Part shown: one piece after another, positions 1 through 7,223 of the stretch | Position numbering within the stretch: position 1 is the first letter of the stretch | Layout: each line of letters opens with the position of its first letter | Assembly (NCBI GenBank): GCA_051294375.1 | Contig: JBJCIZ010000413.1 | Span: 3,401 to 10,623 of the forward strand | Origin: Paraspadella gotoi | Taxonomy: Eukaryota; Animalia; Chaetognatha | Reading direction: 5' to 3' | Length of the DNA stretch: 7,223 bases | Program-made: the position numbers and the translations under genes | The notes under the pieces: generated by a model | What the model saw: the letters and a program-made list of their open reading frames with translations, nothing else | Database searches by the model: none | What the model was told of the DNA's origin: nothing

Positions 1-603
1 GTGTTATTTCGAAAATTTATACAACGTAATATCGATCTTAGGGAAAAATATAGTAATATTGATAAAAATAAAGCAAGCCAATATAAGCTATTGTCCAACG
101 TTGTCTACGGGAAAACGATATCTAATAAGAGTAATAGGCTAAATTATAAATTTATAGTAAGTCCAAAACAGGCATTAAAAATTATTTCGGATCACTCTTT
201 CATCGACGCCATGATTTTGTCCGAAAGCTGTATCTACTCTAAATCTTTTAATAAAAAGGTTTTGCTCGATGATTGTGTCTATGTTGGAATGGCAATTCTT
301 GAATTAAGTAAATTATATCTGCAGATAAATTTACATGAGGTTATATTACCAAGTTTTAGGGTGCATCCAAATGCTAACAACGTTAGTGTAATAGCTAGTG
401 ATACGGATTCGGCGATAATCCAATGCTTATTTAATTCAAAAATTCATGGTGAATCATTTTTTTATAAGTCTTTAGCTAAGTTATATAAAATATTAGACGT
501 TTCTAACTTAGATCCGGATCATCCATATTTTACGTGTAATGAAGAAACAAAAGACACTCTCTTAGAATATCGTAGATATAAAAAAAATAACGAACAAAAG
601 TAA
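1..603 (+). CDS. polB: Family B DNA polymerase, Polinton/Maverick (protein-primed) type, C-terminal polymerase domain; 5'-partial and ending at a premature stop
   Basis: 200-codon open frame in very AT-rich DNA. Motif B YKLLSNVVYGKT (nt 82-117, KxxxNxxYGK). YVGMAILELSKLYL (nt 280-321) matches the (P)xYVGxxILxLSKxxM block typical of animal Polinton-type PolB. Catalytic motif C IASDTDS (SDTDS at nt 397-411) is followed by LDVSNLDPDHP (the usual D-x-S-N...H-P block). The GTG at position 1 is only the window edge; the gene must start upstream. Confidence 0.93.
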   Translation: MLFRKFIQRNIDLREKYSNIDKNKASQYKLLSNVVYGKTISNKSNRLNYKFIVSPKQALKIISDHSFIDAMILSESCIYSKSFNKKVLLDDCVYVGMAILELSKLYLQINLHEVILPSFRVHPNANNVSVIASDTDSAIIQCLFNSKIHGESFFYKSLAKLYKILDVSNLDPDHPYFTCNEETKDTLLEYRRYKKNNEQK

Positions 604-1016
604 TGGTAAAATATAAAATCAGATCTATAGCAAAAGAATCACAGTACTGTACATATTGTTGAGTTAAAGCTAAAAAGTCTTATAAGACTTTAACTTTAAG
701 CATATAAATGAAAATGATAAAAAAAAAATAGTTAACTCATAAAAAATTTAGATTGAAAAAGGATATGAGAATAGTAACAGCAGCATGCAAAATGTTGGAG
801 AAAATATATCCTACTATGTAAGAGTTTATAATTTTCAGACACACAAATATACTAAATTCTTAGTTCATTTACGTATACCAATACAGGCAATATGATGGTA
901 TTTAAATTGACTGTACTTTAAAAAAAGTAAATCCATTGCGATTTAAAAAATTTATATTCTAGTATTAAATAGACCGATTCAAAAATACTTTCCCTTTAAA
1001 TCATCAAAAATTATAA
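604..1016 (+). pseudogene. polB: Disrupted 3' tail of the same PolB gene
   Basis: Frame 1 continues past the stop as *W*NIKSDL*QKNHSTVHIVELKLKSL, where the family has KDE...EFVGLRxKxY. Further on are CDLKNLY (compare DDKRY) and IDRFKNTFPLNHQKL* (969-1016, compare the terminal TLPxGHYxI). Several stops and frameshifts. Confidence 0.7.
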
Positions 1017-1135
1017 ATTTTTATTAAAAGTTACAAATACTGTATCAGATGCTCCAGAACAAAAATTAAATAAGAAAAATAACTAAAGATTATCCTTGCA
1101 AAAAATAATAAAAAAACTAAAAAAGAAACAATATT

Positions 1136-1295
1136 TGTAGCTTTCTGTATTGTAAACTGATTCTCTAAACTCTTATGTTCTGATTAACCATAATAAAAAC
1201 TATGTACACATGACTTCTGTATTTACATGTTTCATATAACACTGTACCATGACATTACTGTAAATATCAATTTAAAATATACTACACCTTGCTAA
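1136..1295 (+). pseudogene. Degenerate C3HC4 RING-finger gene remnant
   Basis: Frame 3 has C at 1146 and C-T-H-D-F-C at 1203-1220. Removing one T from each of two T-runs (1142-1144 and 1222-1224) gives CSFC-x18-CTHDFCITC. A possible last ligand pair is YTTPC* at 1278-1295. Several in-frame stops. Confidence 0.5.
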
Positions 1296-1491
1296 AATAA
1301 TTTAATCAAAAAAAATATATGTAAATTAATGCATATAATTTTGAATCTTAGTGATTTATTTAATTAATACTCATAGTACAACATATTCATTTGAAAATGG
1401 ATTAATTATTTATTTCTATAGCTTGACCCGATATCTCGTATATTAGTGACCATATAATAAAAGATTTTAGAGGAAATACATAATCAATAAT

Positions 1492-1502
1492 AGAGAGAAG
1501 AA

Positions 1503-1533
<31 letters not shown>

Positions 1534-1545
1534 GAGAGAGAAGAA
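1492..1545. repeat. Imperfect (GA)n microsatellite / 54-nt pure purine tract
   Basis: AGAGAGAAGAAGAGAGAGAGAGAGAGAGAAGAGAGAGAGAAAGAGAGAGAAGAA read directly. Confidence 0.97.
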
Positions 1546-2018
1546 CTAACTTAAAAAACAGTCGATAACAAGATTGCTTCGGTAGCGCCTAGACGTTAAG
1601 AGACGACCAGATCGCCGTGTAAAGAGGAAGAGAGATAGGCCTACCTTTACCATAGATCTGGGAGAAATATCGTTGCTACACAAAAATGATAAGAAACGAA
1701 TCAATAAAAAATCGGCTCCAAGTATCCGATCTATACGCTTAGTCAAATTCACGTTAACTCAAGATAACTCCATCAAATAAAACCTTTTAGTTAAGTCAGT
1801 TCTAATATACCTAAAAGAGGCAGAATATTGCATCCATAGGGAGCACACAGAATACTTCTAAGCATTTGCAGTCATAGCATATTCATACTCCATCCTGTTT
1901 TGGCCGATGTGTCCGAAAAATATAACTCCGAGACAAATAGATTAAAATTGCCAGCAAAGGATTGAAGAGTCTCGCCTCTTACAATCTTGTCGATCACGCG
2001 CTGTAAACATATCGATTT
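1546..2018. other. Higher-complexity island, possibly a decayed gene of unknown function; strand not resolved
   Basis: Visibly more GC-rich than its flanks. The - strand has nearly open frames at 2018-1794 and 1857-1546 (one stop each; the latter includes the 68-aa ORF), and one + frame has only 4 stops in ~165 codons. No recognisable motif. Confidence 0.3.
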
Positions 2019-2637
2019 TTATATTAAACACTAGTTTTAATTACATTAATTGAATATATATATCGCAATCGACTTTAATTATAAAAATAGGATGACCAGA
2101 AAAAAGAAAACAGATTTTTAAAATACATTAATACATAACATTTTAATATTTATCTATAATATATTAAAATAGCGAATACAAAAACAAGTGACCCAAATTA
2201 TTTTATGGTAGAAACTATCTAACAACAAACTATTTTTAGTACTAAAAATATACAGAACAAAATAAACATTAAATATTAATGAAGTTGTATATAAATAAAT
2301 TAATATTGCACAACAAAAGACTTACGCACAATGATATTATAATTTTTTTTGGGGATTTTTACTTATATTTTTATTAGGTTATTTTTATTATTTTTTATAT
2401 TTTTTTTTAAATACTTTTATATCATCACAATTTTTATATAGAGGATCTGTACTAATATAGAGCAATCGCCCTAAAAATGATATAATATCATTTATTAACT
2501 TACAATTAGTAATTTATAGTATTATTATTAACAGTGCCATCTCAACAGGCAATTTTTTAAGACAAAATATACGCAATATTTAATACATTAAGTAGAGTTA
2601 AATAAGTGGCAAAACCCTAAATCAAGTGCTATCTAAA

Positions 2638-3055
2638 ATGGGAGGAGTGATGAGCAATCGATTCAAAAAAGAGCCAAACTCATTTGTCTTATATATCAAA
2701 TTTGGTGAACATTCGAATAGAGCACACATTCGAAACACTGCATTACTACATAGGCAATAATATCATACATAAAAAAACCAGACAATCCGAGATTCATAAA
2801 AGTATAGAACTGCCCATACACAATATACGCCACGTCACATAGGCCAAAAAATCGTCTCTTCAACAACCGATCCAGCTTTTATGTATCCTCTATGAACAAA
2901 CCGAGCCTGCGCTTCATGAATTCCTAAACCAAAACGATAAGCTACAATGCGTAGTTACTAATAAGCTGTTAGAACCGAGCGCATCAGTGAGATCTTCTAG
3001 CCTGATATTCTTCAGGAAAGAATTTCCCGTTCCCCAAGCGGTTAAAAAAACCTAG
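2638..3055 (+). pseudogene. Disrupted ~140-codon hypothetical gene with an N-terminal MGxxxS (myristoylation-like) motif
   Basis: ATG at 2638 in the context AAAATGG starts MGGVMSNRFKK in frame 1. Frame 2 is open from 2654 to TAG 3053-3055 with a single internal TAG (2840-2842): ...IEHTFETLHYYIGNNIIHKKTRQSEIHKSIELPIHNIRHVT*AKKSSLQQPIQLLCILYEQTEPALHEFLNQNDKLQCVVTNKLLEP... One frameshift, plausibly in the A6 run at 2665-2670, joins the frames. The region is a GC island in AT-rich spacers. Confidence 0.5.
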
Positions 3056-3243
3056 AATTTTATATTATTGTCAGCTTATCTAAATCACCCAAAATACTTT
3101 TGTATTTAAAAATTTATTTGAATAATAAATATATTCTTAAATAAAATACAAACAAAGTTTTCGTTTATAATTTTCTACCGCTTAGAAAATAACAGTTATG
3201 TTTATATTAAATGATTATGATTATTATCAGATTATAAACACAG

Positions 3244-3288
3244 ATAATAAAAAATAATAATAATAATAAATAATAATAATAAATAATA
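3244..3288. repeat. Imperfect (AAT)n microsatellite
   Basis: ATAATAAAAAATAATAATAATAATAAATAATAATAATAAATAATA read directly. Confidence 0.85.
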
Positions 3289-3734
3289 CGAAATAAATCG
3301 ATAAGTATGATACATATTAATAAATCTAGAAGTAACAAATTAAATAAATAAAAATCTTAATATTTACTATCTTTGATTGTTCTTATTAAATGCCGTTTAA
3401 AAAAATACTTACTGCATTTTATTATAAAATATGATTTTTTTTTATACTCACATTTACTTTCCTGTCACAGATGACTATTCCACATACTCACCCTTTCTCA
3501 GACTGGACACATAAAAATTTATTATTCAACACTCGCTATAAGATCTACTACCTACTTATATAAATATTTTTAATATTATTATATTATTGGATTACCGCAT
3601 AGTAATTATATCTACTTGACCGTCGTATATATTTAAACTTATTTCTGCATTGGAACTCAGCAAGCGATCACTGCGTGCGGACTGATTTTTGTTTTTAAAC
3701 AAGTTTTCTCATTTGGATACGCTTTCTATTTTAA

Positions 3735-4235
3735 ATGTTTGCAACAATATTATGTCTTGAGAAGAACCGCGTTCCTTGGACCATTCAAGCGCTCTGCTGA
3801 GAGCGCTCTATCCGTAGCAATATGTATGAAAACATAATTAGCAACTCCAATGACGGTTTTCTTCAATTGTTGATCAAAATTGAAAAGAAAATGTGTAACG
3901 GCATTGACCTTTGTATTGCAGGTGTACCTAAAAAACCAGTTATGCTCACTGTTTTGATTACCTCCTCAGTCAGAGCAATTTACAAGCTTTGCGCAAGCTT
4001 TTTGAATTTCTGCTTTTACTATGAGTGTAGAGGAAGACAATTAAGGTGTGATTCGGAAAAACCGTACTAATATATGGATGATGTGCGTTCTTTTCTACGT
4101 CAAGAGCCAGGAGGTCTCTATGGCAACTTTAGGGATAAAAACGCCCTGACCACGTTCATATGTTTTATATTACACTATTGTGGCGATTGTATAATATACA
4201 AGGAATCCGGTATCTTTTCGCTTACCTCCATGGGC
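3735..4235 (+). pseudogene. 5' part of a disrupted large gene; putative divergent RNA polymerase second-largest (beta/RPB2-like) subunit, lobe region
   Basis: Frame 3 runs 167 codons from ATG 3735 with only two stops (TGA 3798, TAA 4068), joining the listed 82-aa and 63-aa ORFs. It ends at ...LYGNFRDKNALTTFICFILHYCGDCIIYKESGIFSLTSMG, exactly where the GC-rich insertion starts. This end is comparable to RPB2 ...KKAYFLGYMVHRLL...DDRDHYGNKRL. The gene may extend upstream into eroded DNA (LHFIIKY at ~3412-3432 weakly recalls GYFIING). Coding status is better supported than the product call. Confidence 0.5.
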
Positions 4236-5011
4236 TGTCGCCAGATGGACAGCCCAAGCTCATAAGTCTGGCCATATACATCTATGTTCTGGCCGTACTA
4301 TGGCCTAGTGCCGAAGTGGGTCACCATGTGTCGTGGCGGGTGGTGCGGAGGAAGCATCGGGGGAGTCAGGGAAATAGACGGGAGGCGACAATCGACGGAT
4401 TTTGTCAGATCTCAGCCGTCTTGCCGACAATACAAACTTTACCATTTGATTGTGTCGGCGGCGGACCCGCCCCCTGACCCCCGCATCGGGACCCTGTACG
4501 GCACCTAGTGGCCGTGCGGAGAGATACCGTTCACCGAGCCGGGTGGTATGTAACCAGTCGGAATAAGGCTTCCCCGTCGTAATACTGAGCGGTAAAACTT
4601 CTCTTGCTTACGTGGTCGCTCTCGGAATTTGCTTGCATAACTGATGAGGTATCTGTGTGGAGTGTGTAGGGCGGGAATAATGTTATAAATATTATTATGA
4701 CTCAATCTCACTCTCCTACTAACTCTTCTCTATCTTTGGAGAACGGTCTCGCCAGCGGGGCATTGTGGGAGAGATGGTCTCGGTGGCGCGAGGCTGGGGA
4801 TCTGAAGATCCGGAATAGTGCCTCAGCCAACACTGGCATTCGAAGGTTTTATCCCGGTCACTTATAGACGGCAGCGGGTGAAATAAGGAGGAGGCGAATG
4901 ACATCAGAGGAGGCTCGTCCGAATTGAAGGTCAAAGAAAGGCAGGAAGCAACAGGAGGAGGGTAAAAAGACCGATGTTCATTGGTCAAGCGCTTGAATTC
5001 AAGGTATGACA
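4236..5011 (-). mobile_element. Probable solo LTR of an LTR retrotransposon (776 bp)
   Basis: Abrupt switch to GC-rich, non-coding-like sequence bounded by inverted termini TGTC (4236) and GACA (5008-5011). It has a TATA box and initiator-like motif on the - strand, and the flanking reading frame resumes after it. No clean 4-6 bp target-site duplication (left GGGC, right GCTC; only GC is shared) and no canonical AATAAA on the - strand. Confidence 0.7.
4832..4866 (-). promoter_or_regulatory. Putative LTR core promoter (TATA box plus arthropod initiator-like CAGT)
   Basis: The - strand reads TATAAGTGACCGGGATAAAACCTTCGAATGCCAGT, with TATAAG (4866-4861) about 30 nt before CCAGT (4836-4832), the usual TATA-Inr spacing. 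Confidence 0.45.
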
Positions 5012-5461
5012 GCTCAATTTATCTTTTTTCCCATATATATAGATATTTGTATGAAATATTAAACACAGTTTTTTGCTAGCAGAGTTGCATTATTAGTACG
5101 TGACTACGAAAAGGAGATCTCTCAAATTTTGTACCAATCACAAACATACTTGATCCCGACGCGTGTCCTTCGGGACATAATGGAGAGAACCTAATTGAAC
5201 ACCAAAAGACTCGTCTTAAAATTTCGAAGCGAGACGCCATGACCGATGATGCATTGGGCTAGTTCTCTGCGGTACTTCTGCCGCGGAAACCGCCAAGACG
5301 AGAGTTGTCGCGCTCGCTTTCTCAAAACACTGCTACACGGGGTAGTCCTGCCATAAAAGCTGAATCCGTTTACAACCTACAATTCCCTCACATCCAATGG
5401 GTTCCGAGGCATACCTCGGAACTTATGCATTGCTTTCGGAATGACGAATGAGAACAACTAA
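5012..5461 (+). pseudogene. 3' continuation of the LTR-interrupted gene; putative RNA polymerase beta-like subunit, protrusion/fork-loop region, truncated
   Basis: Frame 1 SIYLFSHIYRYLYEILNTVF (5014-5073). Frame 2 ...SQTYLIPTRVLRDIMERT*LNT (compare RPB2 [18 protein letters not shown]). Frame 1 ALG*FSAVLLPRK...[44 protein letters not shown], then frame 2 GMTNE (compare RPA2 [41 protein letters not shown]). Order and spacing are colinear, identity is low, and the reference motifs were aligned from memory. Confidence 0.5.
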
Positions 5462-5869
5462 CAGTTTGGGAAAATCATTCGGGACTTGTCTTCTTCCGTG
5501 ACCGTAACGTTCACTGCGTTCGCTGCCGCGCTGGTCATTGTGGTCACTTGGCCTGGTATCGGGGATATTATTCTCTCTCATATTGCCTCTTTCTTTTTTC
5601 TTGACTCCTTTATTCGAGGTCTATTTCGTCAATTTTCTGGCCGAGTTCTTCTGTCATCGCTCTAGTGTGTCATTTGGTTTCCTGCCTACTGCCCGACTGT
5701 ATTGTAAATCTTGGTCCCATACTATTCGCCTGCTCTCACTGGATGTTGCCGTTTCCACTATGATGCGCATGGGTCTCTCTCGTCTATGGGCGTTGCGGGC
5801 TGGATAACACTCTAAGGATATCCTCGGCACCGCGTGGGCGTCGCGCGCCTATGCCTTGTGTCGCGCTTC

Positions 5870-6060
5870 CTTTATTCCAGAAGTGTTGCTCCGTTCCAAC
5901 TCAACTCGACAACCTTGATATCATTACAAGCGTTTCGTCATCCTTATTCTTGGGCGGCGTGAAGCGGACGTTGAATCTTTTCTGCCAGTTCTCCCCGGAC
6001 GGTCGCTATTTCTCGTGTGTCATTGTAGATTGTTATGTTACCTATAGAACTCTGAATGTT
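5870..6060 (-). pseudogene. pol: Gypsy aspartic protease (retropepsin) remnant
   Basis: IQSSIGNITIYNDTREIATVRGELAEKIQR (6057-5968) matches V.IG....ALxDTGxE.Sx+....AEK with small deletions around the catalytic DT(G) at 6021-6016. It lies directly after the gag knuckles. Confidence 0.65.
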
Positions 6061-6109
6061 TTAGGAAGATCTCCTCCTACCTCCGGCTACCGAACATAAT
6101 ATATCCAAA

Positions 6110-6947
6110 TTATCATGAGCTCCTTGCAGTTACTCCTGTACCCACATCCTTATTGCCGGAAGATCTCCCAGATAAAAGAGCCCATCGTTATATGGCCCCG
6201 TTTAGAGTTCGAAACGACTGAGGAAAGAAATATTGGTGACGACTTATTTTGAAACGGGCATCTCTCTCCAGATCCTGTTGAGTAGTCGGATTGGTTCCTA
6301 AAGGAATAGGGCGGGACACATTGAGTTTTATATTAACGAAACAGACCCCTTTAAGGCGGTGTATCGCAGCCAATGATGGCAAAGCTTCTCAACGACGGAA
6401 GGACTGCCACTACGTTGCAAAAGTACCAATCATGGACAGCTTCGAAGAAATCCATAATCCAAAACATCTCAATCTTTACCCGATGAATCTCGATACGTGA
6501 CGTTCAAGCCTTCGGTGTACGTGGATATCTTCTGGTACCTAAGCTGCCCGACTCTGGGCTTCGAGATCCGATTACAACAGAACGTTGAGAGGCGCAGGGC
6601 CTTTTCTCGGCTGACTCCGGCCGAGACGAGTCTTCAAACGGATAACGCAAGCATACCACGCTTCAAAGTCGGCACGTGTCACCCCATCCACGGCTAACGG
6701 GACGCTTCATCAGATCGCGTTCAATCCCGACGTCATATGAGCCTCCACTTGTTCTGCAAAGAAGATGCCCGTCAGCTGCGCGCTGTAGCGGAATGAAGGC
6801 GTCGTGTCCGAAGAAAACCCAATACGGGTACGTTCTCTGCGGTCGCTGTCCGGCCGTTGCTGCACTGTCATACGTATGCGCTCAATTGCAAGATCGAATC
6901 ACGCTCGCTTCGTCATTTAGCCGGGCAATCTCCGCACCGGCATCCAT
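6110..6947 (-). pseudogene. gag: Gypsy gag pseudogene
   Basis: MDAGAEIARLNDEASVIRS from ATG 6947 (compare the insect Gypsy gag start ...L.xDEL.YEL.IRG). Capsid-like FRYSAQLTGIFFAEQVEAHMTSGLNAI**SVPLAVDGVTRADFEAWYACVIRLKTRL. Eroded CCHC knuckle SNSKRGHITMGS (6212-6177) and second motif GCG../GVTARS (6150-6118). Many frameshifts. Confidence 0.65.
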
Positions 6948-7223
6948 TCACCGGAAAGGGCGATAGACTCATCCTAGGCTCTCGGCGATTTTGCGCGGAA
7001 CGCGCCGGTCGCTGCTGCCTGACGCTGACGCTTTAGTCAACTTGAAACTCGTCAAGACGTTGGATGCCGGTCAATCCGTTGCGTGGACTGTGGCGCGGCG
7101 CGACTACGCTGTCTCTTTCCCGACTCGGGAAACTGTGTTGTACTTCACTCTTCGAATTCATTCACTGCGAGCGATAAATGTTTTGTATCAAATTGCGGCC
7201 TAGTTCTCCTCGCCCATACATCT

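Larger units (their letters stand above)
1..5461 (+). mobile_element. Decayed endogenous DNA virus / Polinton-like element, left end outside the window
   Basis: Intronless, co-oriented run of PolB, RING, hypothetical and putative RNA polymerase gene remnants separated by AT-rich spacers. No terminal inverted repeat, integrase, capsid or ATPase seen here, so the extent is inferred. Confidence 0.55.
5462..7223 (-). mobile_element. Degraded, 3'-truncated Ty3/Gypsy LTR retrotransposon internal region (5' leader, gag, protease, spacer); continues beyond the window
   Basis: Gag, zinc-knuckle and retropepsin remnants occur in the correct order on the - strand. The region ends near VTVTEEDKSRMIF (~5510-5470), which resembles the helix just before RT. 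No RT, RNase H or integrase motif follows. Confidence 0.72.

Noticed and set aside
1-603. Host replicative polymerase, or a phage/prokaryotic context (CRISPR, operon)
   Set aside because: Motif context is Polinton-type and intronless; microsatellites and a Gypsy element indicate a eukaryotic genome; no spaced direct repeats, tRNA or rRNA were seen.
3732-3737. TAAATG (poxvirus late-promoter-like) at the putative start; similar motifs at 2634-2640 and 3208-3213
   Set aside because: Expected by chance in such AT-rich DNA, and 3735 may not be the true start.
4160-4988. ORFs 4160-4477, 4284-4508, 4505-4711 and 4719-4988
   Set aside because: They lie mostly within the GC-rich LTR-like insertion, overlap in different frames and show no motifs; chance ORFs.
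5020-5032. Pyrimidine run as the polypurine tract of a - strand 3' LTR
   Set aside because: Not directly adjacent to the LTR end, and it falls in the resumed + strand reading frame; solo-LTR reading preferred but not proven.
5401-5422. Hairpin GTTCCGAGG-CATA-CCTCGGAAC; also 3788-3807 and the UUCG-loop stem at 5164-5177
   Set aside because: Isolated short stems inside putative coding remnants, with no U-tract or repeated pattern; no function can be supported.
6171-6221. + strand AHRYMAPFRV resembling the GPY/F motif of Gypsy integrase
   Set aside because: No integrase core nearby, and the same bases are better explained as the gag zinc knuckle on the - strand.
6425-6480. - strand FWIMDFFEAVHD resembling the LINE RT motif DxxKAFD
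   Set aside because: No other RT motifs, and it sits inside the gag remnant.
5538-7203. + strand ORFs 5538-5807, 5851-6099, 6291-6500, 6497-6697, 6676-6966 and 6991-7203, including a hydrophobic membrane-like peptide
   Set aside because: They are antisense to the Gypsy gag/protease remnants; the hydrophobicity simply mirrors a purine-rich - strand.

Overview
Eukaryotic (probably insect) genomic DNA made almost entirely of decayed mobile or viral sequence, with no intact cellular gene. Bases 1-~5460 look like an eroded endogenous DNA virus or Polinton(Maverick)-like element whose recognisable genes all lie on the + strand. They are: the C-terminal half of a Polinton-type family B DNA polymerase (open 1-603, broken tail to 1016), a broken C3HC4 RING-finger gene (~1136-1295), a broken ~140-codon gene starting MGGVMS (2638-3055), and a broken gene (3735-4235 plus 5012-5461) whose translation matches, by eye and in the right order, motifs of the second-largest (beta/RPB2/RPA2-like) subunit of multisubunit RNA polymerases. 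That gene is split by a 776-bp GC-rich TGTC...GACA insertion that looks like a solo LTR (4236-5011). At ~5460 it is cut off by a truncated, degraded Ty3/Gypsy gag-protease region on the - strand that runs off the right edge. The best candidate for a new system is a Polinton-type polymerase linked to a divergent RNA polymerase subunit. The RNA polymerase call rests on manual motif alignment of a frameshifted sequence and needs an HMM or structure search.
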